From Acidimicrobiia bacterium (lineage in GTDB: Bacteria; Actinomycetota; Acidimicrobiia; Acidimicrobiales; Bin134), in assembly GCA_022822905.1 (NCBI GenBank), contig JAJDYE010000023.1, forward strand, positions 30,521-94,520: DNA of 64,000 nt, read 5' to 3'. Below are positions 1-9,286 of the stretch, one piece after another; within the stretch, counting starts at the first letter, position 1, and every line of letters starts with the position of its first letter. The position numbers were made by a program, and so were the translations under genes. The notes beneath the pieces are model-generated. The model was not told the origin of the DNA and did no database searches. It saw nothing but the letters and a program-made list of their open reading frames with translations.

Positions 1-1
1 C

Positions 2-853
2 CTGGGGCGCCTTTATGCCCTGGAGTTGGCCCGGCGAGGGGCCCGGCTGGTGGTGAACGACTTGGGCGGGGCGGCCGACGGCACCGGGGCCAGCGAAGGA
101 CCGGCCCAGTTGGTGGCCAACGAGATTAACGATGGCGGCGGCGAGGCGGTGGCCGACACCAACTCGGTGGCCACCACCGAGGGCGGGGAGGCCATCACCG
201 CCACTGCGGTGGAGGCGTTCGGGCGGGTGGACGTGGTTGTCAACAACGCCGGAATCCTGCGGGACAAGACCTTCCACAAGCTGGAAGACGATCAGCTCCA
301 CCCGGTGCTCGCTGTCCACCTCCGGGGGGCGTTCAACGTCACCCGTCCGGCCTTCGTCCAGATGCGCGAGCAGGGCTATGGCCGCATCGTGTGCGCCACC
401 TCCAACGCCGGAGTGCTGGGCAACTTCGGCCAGTCCAACTACAGCGCGGCCAAGATGGGCCTCGTGGGGCTCACCAACACGCTGGCCCTGGAGGGGGCCA
501 AGTACAACATCAAGGCCAACTGCGTCGCCCCGGTGGCCACCACCCGCATGACCGAGGCCATCTTCGGCGAGGAGATCAAAGAAGCCATGAACCCCGAGCA
601 CGTCACCCCGGTGGTGTGCTTTCTGGCCCACGAGGACTGCCCGGTATCGGGCGAGGTGTACTCCGCAGCCGGCGGCACCGTGGCCCGATTCTTCATTGGC
701 CGGACCCCCGGCTACTACAACCCCGACCTCACGGTGGAAGACGTGGCCGAGAACTTCGACCAGATCCGCGATGAATCCGGCTACAAGGTTCTGAACGACG
801 CCAACCACGAGGTGGGCGTGGCCTACAAAACGATACGGGCAGCACGGGAATGA
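2..853 (+). CDS. SDR-family dehydrogenase, 5' end cut by the window edge (hydroxyacyl-CoA dehydrogenase/MFE-2-like)
   Basis: The frame is open back to base 2 ([23 protein letters not shown]). NNAG motif ([10 protein letters not shown]) and catalytic YSAAK are present. The stop overlaps the next ATG (ATGA at 850-853). Confidence 0.85.
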   Translation: MGRLYALELARRGARLVVNDLGGAADGTGASEGPAQLVANEINDGGGEAVADTNSVATTEGGEAITATAVEAFGRVDVVVNNAGILRDKTFHKLEDDQLHPVLAVHLRGAFNVTRPAFVQMREQGYGRIVCATSNAGVLGNFGQSNYSAAKMGLVGLTNTLALEGAKYNIKANCVAPVATTRMTEAIFGEEIKEAMNPEHVTPVVCFLAHEDCPVSGEVYSAAGGTVARFFIGRTPGYYNPDLTVEDVAENFDQIRDESGYKVLNDANHEVGVAYKTIRAARE

Positions 854-1530
854 ACGCTGACGAGGCCGAGCGCCCTGAGGAAACTCCCGAAACGGTCGAC
901 TCGCTGGAGGACCTCGAAGACGAGGACCTCGACGATGTGGCGTTCTTCGGCGAAGCGCTCGACCACGAGGCGCTCGACGGCGAGGCGTTCGAGGAGGACG
1001 TCCCTATAGGCACCTCGGCTGCTGTCGAAGCATTTGACGAGGCCGTCGAGCAGGTTTTTGCCCGCTTGCGGGGCCACCCGGTGGCCGACCGAGTGTTCTA
1101 CACCGCCTCGGAGCTGGGCAATTTCAGCATCCTGTGGCACGCCCTGGCCTGGGCGGGAGCGACGTCCAAGCGGGGCCGTCGCCGGGCCATGCGGGTGTCG
1201 GTGGCTCTGGCGGTGGAGTCGGCACTGGTCAACGGGCCGATCAAATCGGCCTTCAACCGCTCTCGCCCATTGGCTGAGCACGACCACCCCCACCGTTTGC
1301 GCCAGCCGCTCACCAGCAGCTTCCCCAGCGGCCACGCCAGCGCCGCGGTGGTGGCCGCCGCTCTGTTGTCCGAGTCCCGTCGCCGCCGCTGGCCCTTCTG
1401 GGCAATTGCCTCGGTGGTGGCGGCCAGCAGGGTCCACGTGCGCATCCATCACGCCTCCGATGTGGTGGTGGGTGCTCTCGTTGGTGCGGTGATCGCCCGG
1501 CTGTTCAAGAAGATCTGGCCCCTCCGCTAG
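850..1530 (+). CDS. PAP2-family phosphatase (phosphatidic acid phosphatase type 2 superfamily)
   Basis: The three PAP2 motifs are present: [13 protein letters not shown] and [12 protein letters not shown]. Acidic N-terminal tail. ATGA coupling to the upstream gene. Confidence 0.8.
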   Translation: MNADEAERPEETPETVDSLEDLEDEDLDDVAFFGEALDHEALDGEAFEEDVPIGTSAAVEAFDEAVEQVFARLRGHPVADRVFYTASELGNFSILWHALAWAGATSKRGRRRAMRVSVALAVESALVNGPIKSAFNRSRPLAEHDHPHRLRQPLTSSFPSGHASAAVVAAALLSESRRRRWPFWAIASVVAASRVHVRIHHASDVVVGALVGAVIARLFKKIWPLR

Positions 1531-1544
1531 AGGGCAAGGGGAAC

Positions 1545-2624
1545 ATGGCCGATCGAGCCACCGTCGGCGTCTACGAGAACCGGGCTGGCGAATGGCTGGC
1601 CCAGCGCCAGCCCAAATCCACCGCCGGGGTCGAGGCGTTCGCCGCTCTCGATCGGCCCGAGGGAGTCACCGCCGATTTGGGCTGTGGCCCCGGCTGGCAT
1701 ACCTCCGCACTGCCCAGCCCGGCACTGGCCGTAGATGCGGCCCGGTCGATGCTGGATATGGTTCCCGACCACGCGCCCGATGCCCTGCGCTGCCGAGCCG
1801 ACCTGGCCGCGCTGCCTCTGGCCCCTGGATCGCTGGCCGCGGCGTGGGCGTCGCGCAGCTATGTACACCTCGACCGGCGCCATGTGCCGTTGGCCCTTGC
1901 CGACCTGCACCGGGCGCTGGCCCCGGGCGCTCCGGTGGAGCTTCACATTTTCGAGGGGGATGCCGACTTCGAGCCGTTCTCCGACGACGACTTCCCGGGC
2001 CGACGCTTCTCCCAGTGGCCTCAAAACTGGATTGCACCCTTGATGGAGGGGGCCGGATTCACCCTCGATGCGTTGGAGCGATTGGACCGGCCCCCCAAGG
2101 TGGCCACCCTGATCGTCAAGGGCCGCAGAACCCGCACGCTGCCCGACACCGTGGGGCCGGAGATGCGGCTGCTGATCTGCGGCCTGAACCCCAGCGTGTA
2201 CGCCGCCGATGCCGGCGCGGGGTTCGCCCGGCCCGGCAACCGGTTCTGGCCCGCGGCGCTGGCCGCCGGGCTGGTGAGCACCGACCGAGACCCCCGGCGG
2301 GCGCTGATTGACCACGGCGTTGGCATGACTGACTTGGTGAAGCGGGCCACGCCCCGAGCCGACGCGCTCACCGCCGATGAGTACCGCCACGGCCTCAACC
2401 GGCTGGAGTGGCTGGTGGGCTGGCTCAAGCCCGCCGCGGTGTGCTTTGTGGGCCTCGCCGGCTGGCGGGCCGCGGTGGACCGAAAGGCCCAGGCCGGAGT
2501 GCAGCCCCAGGAGTTGGCCGGTCGGCCGGTTTACGTGATGCCCTCAACCAGCGGGGCAGCCGCCGGGTATCAACTGCCCGACTATGTCACCCACCTCCAG
2601 CAGGCTGCGGCGCTAGCGACCTGA
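1545..2624 (+). CDS. Fusion protein: N-terminal class I SAM-dependent methyltransferase domain plus C-terminal Mug/TDG-family (UDG family 2) mismatch DNA glycosylase
   Basis: N-terminal half has the DLGCGPG SAM-binding motif. C-terminal half has LLICGLNPSVYAADAGAGFARPGNRFW (the GINPG-like Mug motif) and MPSTSG near the end. Single uninterrupted 359-codon ORF. Confidence 0.7.
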   Translation: MADRATVGVYENRAGEWLAQRQPKSTAGVEAFAALDRPEGVTADLGCGPGWHTSALPSPALAVDAARSMLDMVPDHAPDALRCRADLAALPLAPGSLAAAWASRSYVHLDRRHVPLALADLHRALAPGAPVELHIFEGDADFEPFSDDDFPGRRFSQWPQNWIAPLMEGAGFTLDALERLDRPPKVATLIVKGRRTRTLPDTVGPEMRLLICGLNPSVYAADAGAGFARPGNRFWPAALAAGLVSTDRDPRRALIDHGVGMTDLVKRATPRADALTADEYRHGLNRLEWLVGWLKPAAVCFVGLAGWRAAVDRKAQAGVQPQELAGRPVYVMPSTSGAAAGYQLPDYVTHLQQAAALAT

Positions 2625-3567
2625 CCGCCTCCCAGGGGTCGATCCCGCCCAGGGGCATCACCATGAGCGACGAGGTAGTGGCGCCGTTGTCGAAGTAGCG
2701 GTCGATGTGCTTGCGGCACTCCTCGGGGGTGCCGTTCACGATGAGGTCGTCCACCACCTGCTCGGGGATGGCCTCCAGCGATCCGGCCCGGTCGCCAGCC
2801 GCCCACCGCTCCCAGTGCTCGGCCAACAGGTCACCCCGGCCCAGCCACTGGTGGAAGGCCCGATAGACCGGCACATTGAGATAGCCGGCCACCGCCCGCC
2901 GTCCTTGGGCGATCACCGTCTCGCGGTCGGGGTTGGGGCAAACGAAGATACGGGCCACTATCTCTTTGTCGGGCCCCTGGGCGTTGACGATCTCGCTCAC
3001 CCGGGCGGTGTCATCGGCCGACAGCCAGTTGATGATGGTCCCGTCGGCCTCCTTGCCGGCCAGTGTCAGCATCTGGGATCGCAGCGCCGCCACCAAGATG
3101 GGGGGCGGTTCGGGGGGAACCAACCCCAGTCGAAACCCCTGCACCGAGAAGGTCTCGTAGTCGCCGCTCACCTTTTCACCGGCCAGAGCGGGCTTGAGGA
3201 ACCGCACCAGATCCCGCACTCGCTGATAGGGCGCCTCGAACGGGATGGAGTTCCACCGCTCCACGATCACATCCGAGGAGCTGCCCAGCCCGAGGAGGAA
3301 CCGCCCCGGAGCCAGCGTGGCCAGCGTGGCCGCCGACTGGGCCACCAGTGCGGGTCCCCGGGTGTAGGCCGGGACGATGGCTGTGCCCAGGCGCAGGGTC
3401 GGCGCCCACTGGGAGGCCAGCACCAGCGGAGTGAAGGCGTCGTGGGAGTTGGACTCCGACGACCACACATCGGTGTAGCCCAGTTCGACCAGCTCCGCCA
3501 TCTGCGCCGCCTGCTGGTCGAGGGGGCCGAACAGGGGAACCGTCATCCCGTCACGTCGTGAAGCCAT
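2587..3567 (-). CDS. LLM-class (luciferase-like) F420-dependent oxidoreductase
   Basis: Typical LLM N-terminus: LVELGYTDVWSSES...LRLGTAIVPAYTRGPALVAQSAATLATLAPGRFLLGLGSS. An alternative start at 3546 (MTVPLFG) is possible. Confidence 0.8.
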   Translation of the reverse strand: MASRRDGMTVPLFGPLDQQAAQMAELVELGYTDVWSSESNSHDAFTPLVLASQWAPTLRLGTAIVPAYTRGPALVAQSAATLATLAPGRFLLGLGSSSDVIVERWNSIPFEAPYQRVRDLVRFLKPALAGEKVSGDYETFSVQGFRLGLVPPEPPPILVAALRSQMLTLAGKEADGTIINWLSADDTARVSEIVNAQGPDKEIVARIFVCPNPDRETVIAQGRRAVAGYLNVPVYRAFHQWLGRGDLLAEHWERWAAGDRAGSLEAIPEQVVDDLIVNGTPEECRKHIDRYFDNGATTSSLMVMPLGGIDPWEAVRSLAPQPAGGG

Positions 3568-3629
3568 GCCGCAACTCTATGGCTCCAGGGTAAGGGCTCT
3601 GCCAAGCTTGCTTGATATAGTTCCCAGCC

Positions 3630-5393
3630 GTGAGCGAAGACGTCGAAGCAGGGTCTATCGGAGCCACCGCCGGCGAATCCGACGTTTTGGACCCCAACTG
3701 GGTGGGGGACCAGATTCTCGACACGCTTGACCCGGTCTACTTCGCCCGAACCCTGGTCAATGCGGGCATGAAGGCGGCGTCCAATCCGGTGGGGGTGGGC
3801 ACGGCGCTGCTGAAGGCGGCCGCCGGAGCCATGAAGGTGGGAGCGGCCACGATGGCCAAGGCGGCCAAGACCGCCGACCCCGAGGCCCCCTCACCCATCC
3901 AGCCCCAGCCCAAGGACCACCGCTGGACCTCCAAGGCCTGGCAGGACAACCCCTATTTCTTCGGCCTCCAGCAAACGTATCTGCTCACCAGGAACCTGGC
4001 CGATGACCTCATCGACGCCGCCAACCTCGACGAGGCCGAGCACCGCAAGGCCAAGTTCGCCGCCTCGTTCGCCTTCGACACCCTGGCTCCCACCAACATG
4101 CTGCTAACCAACCCCGACGCCTTGGCCAAAGCGGCCGCCACCGGCGGGGCCAGCGTGGTGAAGGGCGCAGCCAACATGCTCCACGACCTGCGCCACAACG
4201 ACGGGTGGCCCTCCAAGGTGGACGACTCGGGGTTCGAGCCGGGGCTGAACATGGCCTTGACTCCCGGCAAGGTGGTGTACCGCAGCGACCTGATCGAGGT
4301 GATGCAGTACGAGCCTCAGACCGAGCAGACCTACGAGACCCCCATGCTGTTCTGCCCGCCGTGGATCAACAAGTACTACATCATGGACTTGGCCCCGCAG
4401 AAGAGCCTGATCGAATGGGCGGTTCAGCAGGGCCACACCTGCTTCACCATCAGCTATCGCAACCCCGACGGGTCGATGCGCGACATCAGCTTTGAGGACT
4501 ACCTCCGCCAAGGGCCTCTCGACGCCCTGCGGGTGGTGCGGGAGATCACCGGCCAGGAGAAGGTGAACACCGTCAACGTGTGCTTGGGGGGCACCCTCAG
4601 CGCCATCGCCATGGCTCACGGCGCGGCCGCCGGCGACCAGCCGATCCACACCGCCACGTTCCTGAACACCCTCACCGACTTCTCCGACCCCGGCGTGCTG
4701 GGCGCGTTCACCGACGAGCCCACCGTGGCCGGACTCGAGCGCAAGATGGCCGACCAGGGCTACCTCGAGGCCAGCGAGATGGCCCGCACCTTCGACGCCA
4801 TCCGGGCCAACGACCTGATCTTCCAGTACGTGGTGAACAACTGGCTGCTGGGCGAGGACCCCCCGGCTTTCGACCTGCTGGCCTGGAACAACGACAGCAC
4901 CCGGATGCCGGCTCGCATGCACAGCAGCTACCTGCGCCGGTGCTATCTGGAGAACCAGTTCGCCAACGACGCCTTCGAGGTGGACGGCACCGTGCTGCAC
5001 CCCGCTGATGTGAAGCAGGACAGCTACGTGCTGTCGGCCATCGACGACCACATCGTGCCGTGGACCGCGGCCTATCGCACCGCCAACCTGCTGGGCGGCC
5101 AGAACCGTTTCGTGCTCAGCACGTCGGGCCACATCGCCGGCATCGTCAACCCGCCCAGCCCCAAGGCTCGCCACTGGACCAACGACCAGATCGCCGAGAC
5201 GCCCGAGCAGTGGCTGGAAGGCGCCGAACAACACCAGCACACGTGGTGGGAAGACTGGGCCCAGTGGATCGGCCAGCGGGCCGGCAAGAAGGTGGATGCT
5301 CCCCAGCAGCTCGGCAGCAAGGCCTACACGCCGATGGAGGATGCGCCGGGCCTCTACGTGAAGATGCGCCCCGGCGACACCGTCTCGGCCTGA
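3630..5393 (+). CDS. phaC: Class I poly(R)-hydroxyalkanoate synthase
   Basis: 587 aa. Contains FCPPWINKYYIMDLAPQKSLIEWAVQQGHTCFTISYRNPD and a catalytic-Cys box NVCLGG. Overall alpha/beta-hydrolase PhaC layout. GTG start. Confidence 0.85.
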   Translation: MSEDVEAGSIGATAGESDVLDPNWVGDQILDTLDPVYFARTLVNAGMKAASNPVGVGTALLKAAAGAMKVGAATMAKAAKTADPEAPSPIQPQPKDHRWTSKAWQDNPYFFGLQQTYLLTRNLADDLIDAANLDEAEHRKAKFAASFAFDTLAPTNMLLTNPDALAKAAATGGASVVKGAANMLHDLRHNDGWPSKVDDSGFEPGLNMALTPGKVVYRSDLIEVMQYEPQTEQTYETPMLFCPPWINKYYIMDLAPQKSLIEWAVQQGHTCFTISYRNPDGSMRDISFEDYLRQGPLDALRVVREITGQEKVNTVNVCLGGTLSAIAMAHGAAAGDQPIHTATFLNTLTDFSDPGVLGAFTDEPTVAGLERKMADQGYLEASEMARTFDAIRANDLIFQYVVNNWLLGEDPPAFDLLAWNNDSTRMPARMHSSYLRRCYLENQFANDAFEVDGTVLHPADVKQDSYVLSAIDDHIVPWTAAYRTANLLGGQNRFVLSTSGHIAGIVNPPSPKARHWTNDQIAETPEQWLEGAEQHQHTWWEDWAQWIGQRAGKKVDAPQQLGSKAYTPMEDAPGLYVKMRPGDTVSA

Positions 5394-5470
5394 TTCTCCA
5401 GTGCCATAGATTCAGAAAAAATATTCTCCCTGAATTGGCAATCAAGCTTTTGCTAAGTAAAGTAAGCAAC

Positions 5471-5782
5471 ATGACCGACGTCAAAGAAATCACTGAAGCC
5501 GTACAGGAACAGGTTCTGAGCGCCCTCAAGATGGGCCAGACCGCCATCGTCGAAGGTGTCCGCACCTGGACCGATACGGTCGGCAACATCACCCCGGACA
5601 GCCTGAAGCTCGATTCCGTGCCCGGCCTTGACTCCCTGCCCGATCCCAAGGAGCTGATGAACGTCAGCTTCGGGTTCGCCCAGGAACTGCTCAACACCCA
5701 AAAGGAGTTCGCCCAGAACCTGTTGGCCGCAGCCAGCGCCAACGGTTCGGCTTCCGCCCAGCCAGTCGCCAAGAAGAGCTGA
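5471..5782 (+). CDS. Small amphipathic helical protein, putative phasin / PHA-granule-associated protein
   Basis: ATG at 5471 follows an AT-rich intergenic region. 103 aa, low-complexity Ala/Gln/Glu helices. Sits immediately downstream of phaC and is followed by a strong terminator. Function is inferred from position only. Confidence 0.5.
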   Translation: MTDVKEITEAVQEQVLSALKMGQTAIVEGVRTWTDTVGNITPDSLKLDSVPGLDSLPDPKELMNVSFGFAQELLNTQKEFAQNLLAAASANGSASAQPVAKKS

Positions 5783-5805
5783 ATCCCCCCTCAGCTCATT
5801 CCTGC

Positions 5806-5846
5806 AAACGGGGCCGGTCATTGACCGGCCCCGTTTTATTTTTCTA
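5806..5846 (+). terminator. Rho-independent terminator
   Basis: Perfect GC-rich hairpin AACGGGGCCGGTCA/TGACCGGCCCCGTT followed by TTATTTTT. Confidence 0.85.
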
Positions 5847-5911
5847 TCGCTTGCGTACTATCCTAAACAGCCACGTAGGGGCCGCCGGACACGGCGGACG
5901 GGAGGGAAACC

Positions 5912-6829
5912 ATGACTACGGGTGCTGACTCTTCTGGCGCGCAGCCGCCTGAGGATTTCGAGTCTCCGCTGGAGCCGATCAACAAGGTCGGAGTGATCGG
6001 CGGCGGGATAATGGGATCGGGAATCGCTGAGGTGTGCGCCCGAGTCGGCTTGGACACCTTGGTGATCGAGGTGGACGACACCGCAGTCAGCATCGCCCGG
6101 AAGTCGATCGAGGATTCCCTGAACAAGGCGGTCTCCCGCAACAAGGTGCCGGCGTCAACTCGAGACCTGGCCTTGGACTCGCTCAGCTTCAGCACTGACA
6201 TGGGCGACCTGGCCGACCGGGATATGGCGATCGAGGCTGTGATCGAATCGCTGGAAGAGAAGCTGTCGGTGTTTCGGGCCATGGACAAGGTGATGGCTCC
6301 AAACGCCATTTTGGCCACCAACACCTCCTCCATTCCCATCATCACCCTGGGTTCCATAACCAGCCGGTCGGACATGGTGCTCGGCATGCACTTCTTCAAC
6401 CCGGCCCCGATACAGCCCTTGGTGGAGCTGGTGCGCTCGCTGGGCACCTCCTTGGACACCATCGACCGGGTCGACCGTTTCGCAGTGGAGGTGCTGGGCA
6501 AGCGGGTCATCCGCTGCCGAGATCGGGCCGGGTTCGTGGTGAACCGGCTGCTAGTGCCCTACTTGCTCGACGCCATCCGCATGTTCGACGAGGGCAAGGT
6601 GAGCGCGGCCGACATCGACAGCGGGATGATGTACGGCTGCGGCCATCCCATGGGCCCGCTGACGCTGTGCGATCTCATCGGGCTGGACACCATCGAGGCG
6701 GTGGCCGACGTGCTTTACGAGGAGTTCAAAGGATCCCACAACGCCCCGCCCCCGCTGCTGCGGCGCATGGTGGCCGCCGGACACCTGGGCCGCAAGACGG
6801 GCAAGGGCTTCTACGAGTACGAGAGCTAG
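5912..6829 (+). CDS. hbd: 3-hydroxybutyryl-CoA / 3-hydroxyacyl-CoA dehydrogenase
   Basis: Rossmann motif VGVIGGGIMGSGIAEV. C-terminal dimerisation-domain motifs (GFVVNRLLVPYL, GPLTLCDLIGLD). RBS GGGAGGGA upstream. Confidence 0.85.
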   Translation: MTTGADSSGAQPPEDFESPLEPINKVGVIGGGIMGSGIAEVCARVGLDTLVIEVDDTAVSIARKSIEDSLNKAVSRNKVPASTRDLALDSLSFSTDMGDLADRDMAIEAVIESLEEKLSVFRAMDKVMAPNAILATNTSSIPIITLGSITSRSDMVLGMHFFNPAPIQPLVELVRSLGTSLDTIDRVDRFAVEVLGKRVIRCRDRAGFVVNRLLVPYLLDAIRMFDEGKVSAADIDSGMMYGCGHPMGPLTLCDLIGLDTIEAVADVLYEEFKGSHNAPPPLLRRMVAAGHLGRKTGKGFYEYES

Positions 6830-6837
6830 GGCTGATC

Positions 6838-7200
6838 ATGGACCAAGCTGCCGTTGAGGCATTCGGAAACTATCTGCGCAGCCAGCGCAAGCTGGCCCAG
6901 CTCACTTTGCGGGAGCTGTCCGACCTGGCCCAGGTTTCCAACCCCTACCTCAGCCAGCTGGAGCGAGGCCTGCACCAGCCTTCGGTGCGGGTGATCAAGT
7001 CGCTGGCCACCGCGCTGAACTTGTCGGCCGAGACCCTGCTGGCCCAAGCCGCCGGCATCGATGCCGCCAACGGCGAGGGATTGGACGGCGTCTCCGACAC
7101 CGAAACCACCATCCGGGCCGACGCCAACCTCTCCGACGAGCAGAAGGCGGCCCTTCTCGAGGTGTACCGGAGCATGACCGGCGGCAGCCAAGCCTCCTGA
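6838..7200 (+). CDS. XRE-family helix-turn-helix transcriptional regulator
   Basis: HTH_3 signature LRSQRKLAQLTLRELSDLAQVSNPYLSQLERG. ATG at 6838, just after the hbd stop. Confidence 0.8.
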   Translation: MDQAAVEAFGNYLRSQRKLAQLTLRELSDLAQVSNPYLSQLERGLHQPSVRVIKSLATALNLSAETLLAQAAGIDAANGEGLDGVSDTETTIRADANLSDEQKAALLEVYRSMTGGSQAS

Positions 7201-7289
7201 ACCACGGCTTTTCCCACTTCAGAGGGGTTTTCTGAAGAATTCCTCCCCTTCCCGGCCCAAACTGTCACTCCCACCGGGATACTGGAAGC

Positions 7290-7460
7290 ATGAAGCAACA
7301 GCTCACCCTCTTGGAGGCACCGCCAGACTGGCGGATCGATGAGCGCACCAAGGAGATCGGGCGTCGGGGCCTGGCTCAAGCCCGAGCCGCCTTGCAACGC
7401 CACTCCCCCGCCATCCAATCCGCCACTTCCCCATCCGACGACGTTCCCCGTGCTGCGTGA
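7290..7460 (+). CDS. Small conserved-looking hypothetical protein (56 aa)
   Basis: ATG 7290, MKQQLTLLEAPPDWRIDERTKEIGRRGLAQARAAL... Its TGA overlaps the GTG of the nuclease gene (GTGA at 7457-7460). Below the ORF-track length cutoff. Confidence 0.45.
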   Translation: MKQQLTLLEAPPDWRIDERTKEIGRRGLAQARAALQRHSPAIQSATSPSDDVPRAA

Positions 7461-7999
7461 GGCGGACCCCAGCAGTTTGCGGCCTGCTGATATCCGCGCT
7501 CGTCGGCTGCTCGGGAAGTTCGGCCAGCCAGCTCGGCAACTCGCCTGAGCCGACCGCGGCGACAGTCGGGACTGCCGCCACGGTGAAGGAGGTGGTCGAC
7601 GGCGACACTGTGGTGGTCGAGGTGGCGGGCCGGACCGAGCGGGTGCGATTGATCGGCATCGACACCCCGGAGGTTGACGGGGGCTTCCTGCCAGCGGAGT
7701 GCTACGGCGACGAGGCCACCGCCTTCACCAGTGCGCTGCTGCCGATCGGCACCAATGTGCGCTTGACCCGCGATATCGAGGCCCGCGACCGCTATGAGCG
7801 GCTGCTGGCCTATGTGCATCGCTCCGACGACGGCCTGTTCGTCAACCTCGAAATCGCGGCCCAGGGATACGCCGAGGCTCTGATCATCGAGCCCAACACC
7901 ATCCACGCCGATGACTTCTACACCGCTGCGGCCCATGCCCGTGACCAGGGGATGGGCCTGTGGAGCGCCTGCGGCAGTGCCGACGTAGTGCTTGAGTAA
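7457..7999 (+). CDS. Secreted thermonuclease (SNase-family) lipoprotein
   Basis: Lipobox LISALVGC-SGS. SNase core VVDGDTVVVEVAGRTERVRLIGIDTPE...RDRYERLLAYV. Confidence 0.85.
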   Translation: MRRTPAVCGLLISALVGCSGSSASQLGNSPEPTAATVGTAATVKEVVDGDTVVVEVAGRTERVRLIGIDTPEVDGGFLPAECYGDEATAFTSALLPIGTNVRLTRDIEARDRYERLLAYVHRSDDGLFVNLEIAAQGYAEALIIEPNTIHADDFYTAAAHARDQGMGLWSACGSADVVLE

Positions 8000-8035
8000 T
8001 CCCCTTTTCGGTCAACGGGCGGTAGCTTTCGGGTA

Positions 8036-8869
8036 GTGAGCGAGCTAATGGAACGCCTGGGCGGTGACCCCCAGGGCCGAGCCTTGATTATCACCTGCGA
8101 CAACCTGGGGCAGTCCCACGCGGCCAACGCCGCCATCGCCGAGTGCCTGGACACCGGGGTGGCCACCGCGGCCAGCCTGATGGTGCCGTGTCCGTGGGCC
8201 AGGGATGCCGCCACCCGCTTCGCCACCACCCCGGTGGGGGTCGACCTCACCCTGAACGCCGAGTTCGACAACTACCGATGGGGTCCGATCACCCAGGCGC
8301 CATCTCTGTTGGACGGAGACGGGGGCTTCCCCCGCACCCCGGCCGACGCCTGGGAGCACAGCGATCTTGACGAGGTCTTCCGGGAGTGCCGGGCCCAGAT
8401 TGAGCGGGCCAGTCAGTGGGGCAGCGATCTGACCCACCTGAGCCCCCACTTGGACACGCTGTTGATGCGCCCCGAGTTCTTCGACGTCTATGTGGAGCTG
8501 GCCGCGGAGATGAAGCTCCCGATGCGCTTGGGCGGGAGCGACCAGGAGCGTCGGGCCGGATTCCCGTTCCGCCGTCTGGCCGCCGACGCGGGAGTGCTGG
8601 CCCCGGACCATCTGGTGCAGATCCGCGGCCGTCCCCCCCGCCGGACCCTGGAGGAAGCGGTGGAGAGCCTGGCCCCGGGGGTGACCGAGCTGGTGGTGTC
8701 TCCGGCCATCGACACTCCCGAGCTGCGGGAGCTGGATCCGGGCTGGCTCAGCCGGGTGGAGCAATACCTGCTGGTGGCCCACGATCTGTCGCTGCGCACC
8801 GCCATCGAGCGATCCGGCGCACGGATGCTGACCTACGCCGATCTGCGCGACGCCCAGCGCCAGGGCTGA
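8036..8869 (+). CDS. ChbG/HpnK (YdjC-like) family carbohydrate deacetylase
   Basis: N-terminal LIITCDNLGQSHAANAAIAECLDTGVATAASLMV matches the YdjC-like pattern. An alternative ATG start at 8048 is possible. Confidence 0.7.
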   Translation: MSELMERLGGDPQGRALIITCDNLGQSHAANAAIAECLDTGVATAASLMVPCPWARDAATRFATTPVGVDLTLNAEFDNYRWGPITQAPSLLDGDGGFPRTPADAWEHSDLDEVFRECRAQIERASQWGSDLTHLSPHLDTLLMRPEFFDVYVELAAEMKLPMRLGGSDQERRAGFPFRRLAADAGVLAPDHLVQIRGRPPRRTLEEAVESLAPGVTELVVSPAIDTPELRELDPGWLSRVEQYLLVAHDLSLRTAIERSGARMLTYADLRDAQRQG

Positions 8870-8887
8870 GCGAGGGCTGAGGCCTCG

Positions 8888-9286
8888 CTAGAAGTCGGTC
8901 TTCTCGGCCAGAGTCGCTCGAAAGGCGTCGTACTCGGCTGAGTCCAGCAGCGGACGCAGGCCAAAAACCCAGCGACCGTAGTCGCCATCCAGCTTCATCC
9001 GCCCCGACATGTAGGCCAGATCGGGATGATCTCCGCCGGAGATCTCCGCGCGGGCGTCGGCGTACTTGTAGATGATGCTCACGTCGGCGTCGGCCAGCTT
9101 GCCCGGGGCCATCTCCGCCAAGCGGCCGTTGTGGATGACCGCGTGGTAGCGGATCTTGCCGTCGGGCGCGCCGGTCACCTCATAGTTGACCGAGCAGTCC
9201 ACCCCTAGCCGCTCCGGCCACTCAGACGCGGCCCCGAGGTTCAAGCCGAACCACTCGTCGCTGAGAAACAGCGCCCGCTCGGTCAC
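8888..9286 (-). CDS. SCP2 sterol-binding-domain protein
   Basis: C-terminal AYMSGRMKLDGDYGRWVFGLRPLL is typical of SCP2. The GTG start at 9286 overlaps the mca stop by 1 nt (TAGTG). Confidence 0.6.
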   Translation of the reverse strand: MTERALFLSDEWFGLNLGAASEWPERLGVDCSVNYEVTGAPDGKIRYHAVIHNGRLAEMAPGKLADADVSIIYKYADARAEISGGDHPDLAYMSGRMKLDGDYGRWVFGLRPLLDSAEYDAFRATLAEKTDF

